Below are positions 35,486 to 47,964 of a stretch of 64,000 nucleotides of DNA, in pieces. A program made the translations under genes and the position numbers. Within the stretch, counting starts at the first letter, position 1. The number at the start of each line of letters is the position of its first letter. Source of the stretch: Azolla caroliniana (taxonomy: Eukaryota; Plantae; Polypodiophyta); NCBI GenBank assembly GCA_043228905.1, contig JBHGNT010000011.1, forward strand, positions 6,510,001 through 6,574,000, in the 5' to 3' direction. The notes beneath the pieces are model-generated. The model did not search any database. It had not been told where the DNA came from and saw only the letters and a list, made by a program, of their open reading frames with translations.

Positions 35486-37578
35486 GATGGCAGGACAACG
35501 AATGCCACTGAATTCTAGCTGGTTGTACTTGAAACCCTCTCTGGGAAGAGGTTGAAGAAGGAGGAGGCAGACCGCGCGGAGAGGCCGGTCCAGGAGGTCA
35601 CCAGATGGAATGATCCTATGCAGGAGCAGACCAGGTTCATAGAAGCGGTGTGCCCGAACTATGAAGTTCTAGTTGAGGAAAATGTTGGGAGACAGGTCCC
35701 TCCGGATGGGAAGGGAGAAGAACAATGCTGATGAGCAAACTTGGCCGAGGCCGAAACCGGATGACGAGTACCTGGCTACGGAGAGCCGGATGGTGTAGAC
35801 CCGGTGAGAACCGGATGAGGAGTATCCAGCTACGGAGAGCCGGATGTTGCATACCCGGTGAGAACCGGATGAGGAGTACCCGGCTACGGAGAGCCGGATG
35901 GTGCAGACCCGGTGAGAACCGGATGAGGAGTACCCGGCTACGGAGAGCCGGATGGTGCAGACCCGGTGAGAAGTGCTCACTGGATGAAGAGACATATTCG
36001 TAAATATGTTTCTGAGAGTCCATCGTGGCTATATTTGTAAATAGCCGAAAAGTCATATTAGTATAAATATGACTTAGGGCAAACTTTTGTATTGTTGGTT
36101 GTCATTCTTGTTGGCGCGAGAGATCAGAGCGCGTAATTGTGTACAGAGAGAGAGAGAGAGAGAGGAAGAGGTCGTTGCCTCTGTTGTAACCGCCGCTTGT
36201 GGCGAAGATAGAAAGCTCGAGGTTGTTGCCTCGGTGCGTTACTGTTGTACACTGTAACATAGTGATAGTTTGCAGCCTGTGGGCTGCCGTGGTTTTTCCC
36301 TAGTTTGGTTTTTCCACGTAAACATCCTGTGTACCCTTCTCTTCATTGTGTCGTGCATTTATTTCCCGTTTTTCTGTGTATGATTCTAAGCTCGGCTGTG
36401 GCCGAGCGTTGCGTATAGGGAGCGTGTAGTTCCTGTCAGAAAAACGGGTCCGAAAAGCCGGAGGGGCCGGTCCCTCTAACCGATGTCACACCCATAGTGG
36501 GCCAAAAAAAATGACGGGGGCTCGGCCGGCCCACGAGAGAAGATGAAATTTCCGGGCTAGTACTAATTACTTCTTTGTCTTAGTACTATTCCTAATAGAT
36601 GGCAGGACAACAAATGACACTGGATTCTAGCGGGTTGTACTTGAAACCCTCTCTGGGAAGAGGTTGCAGAAGGAGGCGGTGGACCGCGTGGAGAGGCGGG
36701 TCCAGGTCACCGAATGGAATGATCCGGTGGAGGAGCATACCAGGTTCATAGAAGCAGCGTGCCCGAACTACGAAGTTGTTCTAGTTGAGGAAAAACGGGT
36801 CAGAAAGGCCGGAGGGGCCGGTCCCTCTAACCGATGTGATAGCCATATCGGGCCAAAAAAAATGACGGGGCGGCCCACACAAGAAGACGATATTTTTGGG
36901 CTTCTGGTTGAGCTTGGAGATAGAGAGAGTGACGAACCAACAGAAGGTCTTGGAGGAATGAATCCTTGACAGCTGGGTGGAACTCACCCTGGAGGTGCTT
37001 GGGATTGCCAGGAGGGAGTTCCATGATTCTATCGTCAACCTCGTGAAAAGAAAGCGACTTTTGTTGGAGTCAAGCTGGAGAAGCCTGTCAAGGTAAAAGC
37101 AGCCCACATCGAAGAGGTGTCTATGGAAGAAGAGTTTTCGGATAGCCATTTCCTAAAGCCACACTGGGCAAGAGCAACGATGGAGACCCCGGTGCGGATT
37201 GGGGACGTGAAGGAACCGGTAATAGCACTTATAGACCATGGATCAGAAATCGATCTGATGTCAATGGATTTCTATAAGAATAGTAAATGGCCGATCAACG
37301 CCAAGCATGGATGAAAGATACACGCGGTGACCCGAGCCACGGAGGAGCGACACAGAGTGTGCCCGAATGTCCGAACGAAGGTCAACGATGTCGACATTGA
37401 CCAAAACTTCTTCATGCAGGAGAAATCCTCCCATCCGATCATCCTCGGCGAACCATACATCACGGCGGCTCGGATGGAGACAAAGGTGTTGGACAACGAT
37501 TCAGCCTACACGAGGGTCAAGAGTCAGGACGGTCGACATTCCGTCCAATTCTTGACGGTCCGACTGAACCACGAGCGG
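35486..37578 (+). pseudogene. gag-protease remnant of a family A-related gypsy, with local tandem duplication
   Basis: PHWARATMETPV...ALIDHGSEIDLM...METKVLD. Segments 35446-35682 plus 36439-36557 are repeated at 36558-36900. Confidence 0.85.
35683..36438 (+). mobile_element. Solo LTR (756 bp, TSD GAAAA) containing ~4 copies of a 54-bp tandem repeat
   Basis: TG...CA ends with GAAAA on both sides. Repeat GAGAACCGGATGAGGAGTACCCGGCTACGG... at ~35755-35970. Copia-type U5 motif GTGGTTTTTCCC...TTTCCACGTAAA. Confidence 0.92.
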
Positions 37579-38120
37579 GCGTCGGTCGCACAATGTACCC
37601 CTACCTTCCCTCCGGGCCTGAGAGATCTAGAGATCGCGCACCATCTTCGTCAACTCATCCAATGTCGTGTCTACTGACGAGCCGTCAACCACGTTGCCCA
37701 GAACCAGGCCCAACTCAAGTCGTCTTCTCGTTTAGTTCGATCGAGTCGGAACGTCCTCCGTTATACTTCTCGTGCCTAAGCCGGTCGACAACAACCATTC
37801 GTCGTTCCACTCCCATCGTTTATCGAATTGGCCGCAGACTCGGTTTACCACGGCGTAGTCAGTTGCGAGCCCTTCGTCCGTTTCTAGCAGGAGACCGAAA
37901 TTCTCTCGATCATGTGGATCGACCGACTTGATGAAAAGGAGGACCTTGCTAGTGTCGAGCACCGTCTGGTCTAGCGTTGATAAGCGTGCAAACCGCTTCT
38001 CAAACTCCTAGAGAAGCACGTATGTGTTTCGTCCCTTGCCGGGGAGCTTGACCCACTCCATAAGCTCCCTCATCGACAACCGAAGCAAGTTGTCGAGTCC
38101 ATATCTTTCAAGGAGTCGCT
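37579..38120 (-). pseudogene. Inverted gag fragment of a family A-related gypsy
   Basis: LDTSKVLLFIKSVD...LLETDEGL resembles LAPDKVIMFLRAVD...LLEDTTTESGL in ORF 29954-30430. Confidence 0.7.
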
Positions 38121-40179
38121 TCAACATGCAATCGGCCAAATCTGCTTCAACCCCGCTCCATATTGATCTTCGGTTGTCTCAGCGAGACTGTTGGACATCC
38201 GGTCCAGAGGGGGAAGATATGAAGTCGGTACCATATGCACCAGTAGTCGGCTCCTTGATGTATGTGATGGTCGCAACACGACCTGAAATTGCTCATGTCG
38301 TCGGAGTTGTCAATAGATTCATGCATAATTCTGGTCGATCGCATTGGAACGCAGTTAAGCATGTGTTCAAATACCTTGTGGGCACAAAAGACTATGGCGT
38401 CCTATTCGGCCCGACTGATACATTAGGCGTAGTCGGTTATGTTAGGAATATGTCCATCTCGTGGGAGGAGTTGACTGCTCAGAGAGAGCCAACAGTCGAA
38501 GACTAGGAGGTGCCGACTATTCGGGCCGAGTGCCGGTGGTTGAGGAGTCGATTGCGTGAAAGTTGACTGTGAGAGTCGACTAGGTGAGTTGACAGAAAGG
38601 AGATCCAAGTCGAAGACACGACTGACTAGTCGGGCCGAACCGGATGGTCGATGACCAGACCGACTAGACAGTCAACACTTATTATTATAGATAATAATTA
38701 GTGATGTGTAGTAGGGGCTACACTTGTAAATAGCCAATACTGTGTATTAGTATAAATACACCTAGGGCAATCAATGTATGAAAAAAAAATACACGCAGAA
38801 TAGGTGAATGTATGAGTCTCAGTAGTGTAGCGCGACAGAGAAGAGTGTGTGTGAGAGTGTGAGTGAGTGAGTGGCGCCATAGTTGTGTTTAGTGACAACA
38901 TACGCCAAGAGCCCTGAGAGGTTGTTTACACTCTGTGTAGGGAGAGTGTTGTACTCTGATCTCGTTGTTGTATATCCATTGTATAGTGAAGCTTCGTTCT
39001 TCGTGGTTTTCTCCCGCGTTGGGGTTTCCAAGTTAAATCTATGTACACCATTTTTTGTGTGTCAGAGTTGTGTATTTCAGCATATTCATTTTCTTGTGGA
39101 TTGACACTTCATTTCTCGATAGGTTATACCAACTCAGACTTTGCCGGTTGTGTGGACAGTAAGAAGTCAATGATCGGATATTGCCTCAAATTCGGCAATG
39201 GAGCAATCTCGTGGAAACCAAAACTTCAAGAGTGCACTTCCACATCAACAACCGAGGTTGAATACGTAGCCGCGTCCGATGCGGCGAAAGAGGCTTTATG
39301 GCTCTGTCAGTTGGCGCACACATTTCGACAAGTCGACTCTGACGAAGCTCCAATTTTCTACAGTGATAGTCAGGGTGTTGTTTCTCTATCAAAAAATCTG
39401 ATTCATCACAACGCTTCCAAGCATATCGACGTTCGATATCACTTTGTTCGGGACTGTGTCATTTAAGGGAAAATCGGCCTCGAGAAGATACCTATAGTCG
39501 ATAATGTTGCAGATGGGATGACCAAGTGTCTTTCGGCGGATCAATTCTGATCCCTTCGGCACTAGATGGGCGTAGAGAAGAATCAATCCGATTTAGTCAG
39601 ACATTTAAGGCGTTCTCGAACAATCGACATCAACAATTCGAAGATCGGCTTCAGTTCTTCCAACCCTGGCCGACTCGGCCTTCTAATCTCGGATTTTGCC
39701 GATTCGAACAAAGTCGATATGTTCGATAACTTTGTATAATCTGTAACTCTTATTTATTCTTTTTATAGAATTTTGGTGTATACACCCATTACGGGGGAGT
39801 GTCAAATATGGGTATATAATGGCCGTATTCACATTGTCCCCTTGGACAAACTAGATGTAGGACAATTTTCTAAATATGCCAAAGGGTAGTTGCCCTAGCC
39901 CAGTTAGTGTATAACGGGCTTTGTAACCTAGTTTGTAAAGTTGTTGTTGTTGTTGTAGTTATTGTTGCCTCCATTTTGTTGTAACTTGAAGTTCAAAAAA
40001 ATACAGTTACATACTTGCTTGTGCCATCATTGTTTCTTCTTCTTTTCCTCATTGACTAGTTGATATTGTGTTATGATGTAGTTGTCTATTACTCTCAACT
40101 ATTTATGTCTTCTCTCTGACAATCTTCATAACTAAGAGTGTTGAGATATTGTTCCGCATCTAGACGGCCGCTTTCAACA
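38121..40179 (+). mobile_element. Tnt1/Tork-like copia 3' end (RT end, RNaseH, PPT, LTR 39800-40179)
   Basis: VPYAPVVGSLMY...TRPEIAH, GYTNSDFAG, STTEVEYVAA and SKHIDVRYHFVR. PPT ACGGGGGAG, then TGTCA...CAACA. Confidence 0.9.
38440..39121 (+). mobile_element. Solo LTR (682 bp, TSD GGTTA)
   Basis: TGTTAGG...CGATA (terminal CA decayed to TA), with GGTTA on both sides. Removing it restores the copia frame VVGY|TNSDFAG. Confidence 0.92.
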
Positions 40180-41321
40180 TAGGGCTCATCGTTTCTGTGT
40201 GTTTGGAGCTTGAAGATCTATTGTTGGCCGAGTCCGGTTAAATCCATTATTGGTTTTCTGTCATTTAAATCCATTACTGGTTTATTGTGTCTGAATCTCT
40301 CGCTCTTTGTGTTTAGGTCCGCATTCTCATTTATGTTTCTGTCCGCCTTTGTGTATTTACTTGAGTCTCCGAGCCCGTGTGCTCATCTTTTGGAATCCAA
40401 CGATAGGCCCGACTTGGATACACGTTTGTGAGCTCGTGCGCTCCATGAAGATCTCCGACAACCAAACCGGTTAGTCACTACAAGCTTGTGGTCTTCCTTT
40501 GACTCCTTAGTACAAGACCTTGATGGTCTGCTCGATCCAACATGTACACGCGGATATCTGCGACAACGGGACAAGGGTAGCCGTATCAATTACAGAGAAG
40601 CGGATAAAGGTCTTCAAGAAGTGGTAGGAGGCGACACCGGAACACGGAGATGGAGGACGAGGAGCCGGATGAGGACCAGATCGGTGATGGTTTAGAGGAT
40701 TACGAGAAAGGATCAGTTTGGAATTCTCCACAGCTGTACTAGTTGGCACATGCCGAAGGATATGCGGTTTTGTGGGGGTGGATGTCATGGAGGATTCTGG
40801 CCACAAGGGGAAAACTCGTCGACCGCGTGTGAACAAGGGTGTGGGATTGATCATTTTGAGAGGGGAAGGTGTTGTCGGATTGCGCCATGAAGTGTTGTGG
40901 GTTTCCTGCTCCGTGCATTCGGTGAGGTGGGTGAGGCCTGTACTCGCGTAGGAAGCCCATGTGCTCCTGACCAAAGGCTCACCGATATGTGTGTGGGTGT
41001 TGAGCTTGAAGCTCTGTTTGAGGCCGGAGGCCATTCTTTGTATTCTTGTCTGCACTTAATCGATTATTTGATTTTGATGCATCCGGTGTACTCTTCACGT
41101 GGTCTTTGTTTCTGGTCTATCCGCTTTGCGAATAATCGAGTGTCCGGAAAGGGGTCGTCTCTTCTCCGCTCTGTTCTACGTTTGCTGACCTATGTCTGCG
41201 AGCCCGTGTGCTCAGTGAACGGAATCCGGTTGCCAGGCCGGATCGGTAGCTCAAACTCACTTGTTACTCATTCTTTAGCTCCCCAGTGGTCCTGCCCGAG
41301 TTGACCTGCAAGTCCGCGACA
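40180..41321. mobile_element. Probable LTR or non-coding retroelement remnant
   Basis: GC-richer block with no recognisable domain, ending ...CCGCGACA like family A-type termini. Confidence 0.3.
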
Positions 41322-42026
41322 ACGGTGTTTGGAATGATCATTGACTTTTTGTTTTACATTGGGAAGAAGATTTGCATGTGTTTTAATTTTAATGGTGGAT
41401 GTTTTATAAATCTAAAACTCATAGATTTTGATGTCATATTTATTTTTTAGACTTAGAAGTTTGTCGAAGTTTTTGATGCGAAGCTTGAGTCGGGCTGGGC
41501 TATTGCCCTAAGTTGGTCGGGCTATTGCAGTCAGAGAGTCGGGGTACCAGTGACAAAGGTTGTTAGAGTCGGTCTATCAGACGCTCACACCCTTTTTTTA
41601 GATAAAGATGTGACGGTGCAGATTGCACGCGCCCTGTACCTTTCGTGGCTGCGATTCCCTTGCAAGGCTTCATTATGATTTGGTAGCAAATTGACCATGA
41701 TCATACATACACATACATATACATATGTATGTATGTATGTATGTATGTATGGTACGAAGTGAAAATGATGTGTAATTTTTACTCTCTCATTATTACATCA
41801 CATCAATTCATGAAATCTTTTCCTTTTCTTCCTGCCCTCTCTCCTTTTCTCTTCTTCCTCTCCACTTCATTGCATTTCCTAAATCTAGGGTTCCTTCATC
41901 ATCTTCTTCTTCGTCTTCTTCTGAATTCCTTCTACCATTTCCTCTTGCCATGGAGCATTACAGAGGCTCAGATCTACCATTCCTTCTCTACTGATCCGTT
42001 ATTAAGCAGACGAGCTCTTGTGAGCT

Positions 42027-45000
42027 ATGGAAGAGGGGCAGAAACGGATGCTGCAGCAAGATGAGGAAGGAGGAGAAACAGAGGAAACCTTGAAAAGGGC
42101 CCTTCCTGCCAAGCTTGTTCCCGTGCAAGGGGTCCCGTGGTGCGGCGGAGGGTCGAACCCTGGTGGATCTGTAAGGCCATTCACCATTGTCCCTTCTCAC
42201 GCCGCCCTACAACAAGGTGAGTGCAATGCCTATTATGCATTTATATACGCTGTATGTATGTAAGTATATGTCTCTTGTCTGTGTGTGTGTGCGTGCGCGT
42301 GTATGTATGTATAAAATGTATGTGTATATGCACGAGTGTATTCATGTGTGTGATATATTTCGTCATATTTCTCGTTTACATTTGTGGCCATTCTTATCTA
42401 CTTTTTTTGAGTCTTTGTTATCAACATGTTCTAAATCTTCTTTGTGGCTTGACACCTTGCTTTGAGGTTTCCCACCAGTAATATAGTACATGTAAAACAA
42501 ATGTGTAGTTATGGTTGGGATCAGTGGGAAAACTCCAAACTAATTATATGAATACAAGGCCGATCACTCATCTATAGGTAATTAATTAAGACAATTATTA
42601 ATCACTAAAGCAATGGGTTGAGTCTCCTATATATATATCTGTATATATGGTGTATATGTGTATGCATAGGACAGCCATTCTTGTGATCATTTTCTTTGTT
42701 TTACAATAGAAAACCATTTAACCTCTTATTTTGAAGAGGGAAATGATAATTGAAATCCTTTATTAATTTCAGACATAATATATGTTTCCTTGAAAAGAGA
42801 GCTTTTATGGTCAACTCAAATAGTTTTCAAATTGACTTGAATTTGAAATGTCATCAAGCACGTCGGCTTTTGATGTTCATTCAAATAGATTCTATTAATG
42901 TCCGTTGAGGATAGATATTATCTACCAAACTAACAAAGGGGCATACAAAGTGGAATTTTGATGGTCATTCAAATAAATCTTGTTAATATACACATTAAGC
43001 ACCTGGTGGGATCAGAAAAGTGGCATCAAAGATCTGGCCTATAGGATGAATATTTGGGCCATGGAGATGATAATGTATTATCATCATTAGGAGCCAACAA
43101 CATGACATATGGGAGCTTCTAAATGTCACTGCAAAATGAATTTCCTCTCCTTGCACACAATGTGGTGACTTTATGGTTCATGTGTTGCTCAGTAGATTTT
43201 TCCTATGCTCGTGTGCCTATAAAACAGGAATGATTATGCCTGATGTGAAGTTGTGTGAGTTCCTTAAAAAATGCTACTTATTATTACCCCTCCAGACAGA
43301 CATTGTCCCAATTATAGAAAGAACAGAATGGCTTTGTGAAACAGTGTTTGCTCAGAACTTGAATATAAGGGAACCTCTTGTTTGAGCTATTGTGACATTA
43401 ATCTCTAGATATTTCTGTTACTAAGATGATAATATTATTTGTGATTTTATCCAACTCTTTCTGTTATTATGTACCTTTCTCATTGTTACATCAGTATATT
43501 ATATGTCTCATCGTCTTTATTTTATTTTCGTTTGGCTGAACAGGTACAAGTGATGAAACACAACCACAAACTGGAGCTCCAGTAGTCCACTCAACTGTTT
43601 CTGAATATGCACTACCTCATGGTCAATTTGAACAATCCATGGTACAGAGTGCTAAATATCTATTCATTAAGAAGGCATATGAGGTTGAGTCAACATTGCA
43701 ATGATTTTCTTGTATGTTGTTTTTCAGGCTTCAGCTGGTTATCAGTATGTTGACCCCTACTATGGTGGAGTCATTGCTACATATGGTGGTCAGGCTATGG
43801 TTGGTTTGAAATTAGTAGTCCATTTAAATGCTTTATTGCATTCTATTATCTGTTTAGGAAACAGAACTGATTTTTATGGTTGCTTTATATATTTATATAT
43901 TCTTTCAGTTTCATCCTCACATGCTTGGGCTTCATCACAGCCGTATGCCTCTGCCTTATGGTATCACTGAAGAGGAACCAGTTTACGTGAATGCCAAACA
44001 GTATAAGCGTATAATGATGCGTAGGCAATGTCGAGCGAAGGCGGAATCTGAAAACAAGCTTGCTAAATCACGTAAAGTATGCACACATTACACATTGTTC
44101 TTTTTTAATTGGGAACATCACATTCTTTATTTCCAAAGTACTGTAATGCATTGCCTCTTATATTCAAACATAGCGATGAATTAATACAGAAATGAAATGA
44201 TATGTTCCATTAATTTTGTCGAAAGGCCAAGGTGATGTATCAAACAACAAGTGATCCATGTGAATAAACTTGGAATTTACTGGCCATCAGTTAGGGTGCT
44301 ACAAAAACCAACTTGTCCAGTTGAAAATTTCGATCACTAAATTACAATTATTGTTTGCTTTCTACCTCTCTTCTGAAGGCCTAAATTACAATTATTGTTT
44401 GTCGAAAGGCCAAGGTGATGTATCAAACAACAAGTGATCCATGTGAATAAACTTGGAATTTACTGGCCATCAGTTAGGGTGCTACAAAAACCAACTTGTC
44501 CAGTTGAAAATTTCGATCACTAAATTACAATTATTGTTTGCTTTCTACCTCTCTTCTGAAGGCCTAGAACCAGCCAACTACTTTAAGTTGCAGTCTATTT
44601 AAAGCCCCTTCCCTTCTCATTATTTATTTGTCTTTCAGTCATCCAGCAACTAGCTTCAGCCTCTATGCAAGAGGACTGACATGGTAATGCCTATGCCTGC
44701 GACCCAAACATACTGCATCCTTTCTTTAAAAGGATGTAATAGTTAGTGCCAAGTTGTGAGGCTGCTTCAAGATGGCTATTCCTGAAGTCCTTAATCCTTC
44801 TGATTTTGGGGTCTGGATGGCTGGATCGATTTGGAAACCTTGCCATTAACTGTGTAAGCACAGGGACAATATTGAAATTGGCAAGCTTGTTGGGAGTTTT
44901 TCCCCAAACTTGTATCAAACCCTGGGTTCTCGATCTCAAATCACTTTCATTATGGTTTCTGTTAACCAATATGAATTCATTTATCTCTAGATTGTGTTAA

Positions 45001-47543
45001 TCTCGCACAATTTTTGACTCTTTTTCTGGTGTGTATTATTGATGACTCTATCTTGTTTCTTGAGAGTAGAATGTTCTTGAAGGAATCTCTATCTATGCAA
45101 TATATGGCTTGAAGCTCTTCGGCAACTGACTTTGCCATCTTTCTTGAAATTTCAAACTGGATGGATTCATTTATAGAATATGGAAGTCGAAGGTCCAAAC
45201 CAACTGATGCTGAAGAATCAGTGAACCTAAGGAAAATGTCCTCAATTGGGAGAAAGATTGAAAGTTATTTGTGTTCATTTTTGTGAACCTGACTGATACA
45301 ATATTCAAAGAAGTTTGGGCAGAAGAGCATGTTTATTTTCTCCAGAAGCAGTAAATTTTACTCCCAACAGACGGCCCTTGTTAAAGTCCTGAGAAGTACG
45401 GTAGCCACTTCCAAATAATGGTAAATCTGACTCCCGACACATGGACCTATTTAAATTTCCTGAGAAGGTGAGAAGGTGACAGCATCTTCTGAAGCTTAGT
45501 GAAAAAATCTCAATCCAAGCGTCTCCAGTTTGGAATAAATTCTCTTTTGCCTCTTATTGATTTGAAGAACATTTTGACTCTCAAGCCTAGAGAACCTGGT
45601 GTAACCTATGGTGCAGTTGTCCGGCAGGCTGCAACAAAAATTAATTTCATGTTTATTCTAAAAAGACAGATGTGGATTGCCATTATATTCATAAAACGGG
45701 GGATTTCAAGTCCTAATGATCAAAGAAATAGAAGCGGCATACAAGAAGGGGCAATGAGAATCACAATTCAGCCACACTGGACATTTAACAGAGGTTTCTC
45801 TTTTTTGCTTCTACAAACTTGACCTCAATGGCCTCTCAACCTGGTGACTGGATTATAGATACTGGAACTACCACTCACATACCACATGCTGGATTTGTTC
45901 ATCTCACTCTCCTTGGGAGACCAGAACATCACTCCAGGTGACTCCTATCAAGCTCCATTGCTGAAACAAGCATGGTTCTAAATTTTTATTTCAAACAGAT
46001 AATAGGTGGAGACTCTATGTCCAGATGTAGCCAACAACCTTTTATCTGTTATGGAATCAAGACACAGATTAAGGTTTCTTTGGTTTGGAGATAATAAGTT
46101 GATCATTTCTGATATGGCGTTGGGTCAAGTTTTGGCACAAGGAGTGTGTGAAGGATCTCCCTTCCAAGTCATGCCTATGCTATGTCTTGGTAACACTTCG
46201 TCTAATGGATTGGTCAATTTGATCAATTTAAACTATGATATGTTGCGACAAGTAGTCAAAGACTCCATCCTAGTTTGCTGTCCCTGGATATGCTCTCCCA
46301 AAAGTTGTCTGGCTTGGCTTATATACTGGGAAAGCATGCACCAAATCTATTGTTCAACCTATTAATGATGTGGAACTAAAGAAACTCAAAGCTCAAGGTT
46401 TCTTTAGTTCGGAGATTGTAAGTTCATCATTTCAGATATGGCATCAAATAAAGCTTTGGTACAAGCCCGAAGGAAGCCTCTCATCAAGCTTCCAAGCCCA
46501 TGTCTTGTTCTAGCTGATTATGTCCATTCTGCCTTTTACTTCGGCAAACTTTCCGCAGGGTAATATTAGAATCCTTCAAGACCCTCCAGGTAATTATGTT
46601 TTCCTTTGATAGGGTGCAGCTATTCTCTTCCACAAACAGTGCCTTTAGGTAAATTGCTGGCACTTCTCTTGGAATCTTCTATGGCTGTGGTGTGGGATGA
46701 CCGTATCAGCATGGAGTGTGATTTCTGATTGGGACTGAAATACTGAAACCCATCAGTCTAAGTGCAACAGTGCTATTTAGCTTGGGTTCCAGTCTTGTGT
46801 CATGGATGCTAGGTGACCCCCCCCCCCCTTACCAGGATACTTCACTCACTTCACATGAAGCAGTTTTGGTATATAGACTTCTTGTGAGGTGCAGTCCCAT
46901 GAGGTTACTGCTACTCATCTATGGTATAGTAAGCAGAGTTGTCTCTCCATCACTCAGAACCATGTCTTTCTGCCCCCACCAAACATATGATGTGCATCAT
47001 CTTCATGGGTAAGTCTCAGCTGGAGATTTGTATCTCAGATATTGTCCATCTGTGGATGGACATCTTACTTGCCTGAATATAGAGATCGAGTCAACTGACT
47101 ACTCCAAGTTGGGCGTTTATAGAGGATCTTATCCTACTCATTGTGTAGCTCCAGCTGTAAATTTTTCCTTTTCATGCGAATTTGAGCCAGCTTCCCACAA
47201 TCCACTCATGAGGCCTCACAGGCTGCTCATAGCCTTGTAGTTACTCTTTACTATCAGTTTATTTGAGGCACATCCTCTTTTATCTGTTTACCTAATTCTC
47301 TTAAAATTGCAGCCATATTTACATGAATCACGTCATCTGCACGCTATCAGGCGGGCCCGAGGTTGTGGAGGTCGTTTTCTGAATAAAAAGGACGACACTT
47401 TAAATGCCAACTCAGATAGTAGTAGGTCTGAAGACCAATCCTCACAAGGTGGTGCTACTCCTGACTCGAAAAGAGCAGATCAGGGATTCAATACATGTGC
47501 TTTACAAATGGTTAGTGCCATTAATAATGGTTGCTCAGTGTAG
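42027..47543 (+). CDS. NF-YA: Nuclear factor Y subunit A (CCAAT-binding, HAP2-like). Exons 42027-42216, 43544-43641, 43728-43799, 43909-44076, 47313-47543; 252 aa
   Basis: [39 protein letters not shown]...KSRK|[24 protein letters not shown]. All four introns are GT-AG and in phase. Confidence 0.95.
44215..44566 (+). repeat. Near-perfect direct duplication (183-bp period) in NF-YA intron 4
   Basis: TTTGTCGAAAGGCCAAGG...GAAGGCCTA occurs at 44215 and 44398. Confidence 0.95.
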
Positions 47544-47943
47544 TCTGTTTCTAATACCTGAAGATATTCACCCAATTAACAAAATGTAGTTCAATGAAAA
47601 GATGAAAAAATGGTTCAATCATGCGATACTTTGTTTATTTACAGTTCGAAGTTGGGAATCATCGATGAAGTCAGTTTCAATCAAAATGGAAGCACAGCTG
47701 TGTTGACCCCATCAAGCGCAAGGTAGAGAGTTGTTGCTATGGAGTTTACGGGTTCTTTTCAGCTTGCGTTCTGTGAGGGAGCCACACATTGTTTTTTTGG
47801 ATGGCTTTTAATTGTCATGTTTCAGTTAATAATGAAAGGCACCTTCCTAAAAGTTAATTGGAGCTGACAAAGAACCCGCAATCGTATGGACAAGTTGGGT
47901 GATTTGCATATATTTTTTTCGCCTGGCAACATGTTCATACATC

Positions 47944-47964
47944 AAGGCAATTCATTCTTGGCTT
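47944..47964 (+). promoter_or_regulatory. miR169 target site in the NF-YA 3' UTR
   Basis: AAGGCAATTCATTCTTGGCTT is near-complementary to miR169 (CAGCCAAGGAUGACUUGCCGA), and the location is canonical for NF-YA genes. Confidence 0.85.

Noticed and set aside
35637-36056. ORFs with 18-aa repeats
   Set aside because: By-product of the 54-bp tandem repeat in an LTR; open in several frames on both strands.
40383-41304. Overlapping ORFs as a host gene
   Set aside because: No recognisable domain or splice structure; explained by GC-rich composition.
44570-47240. LINE or tyrosine-recombinase element in the NF-YA intron
   Set aside because: No RT, endonuclease or recombinase motif could be read with confidence.
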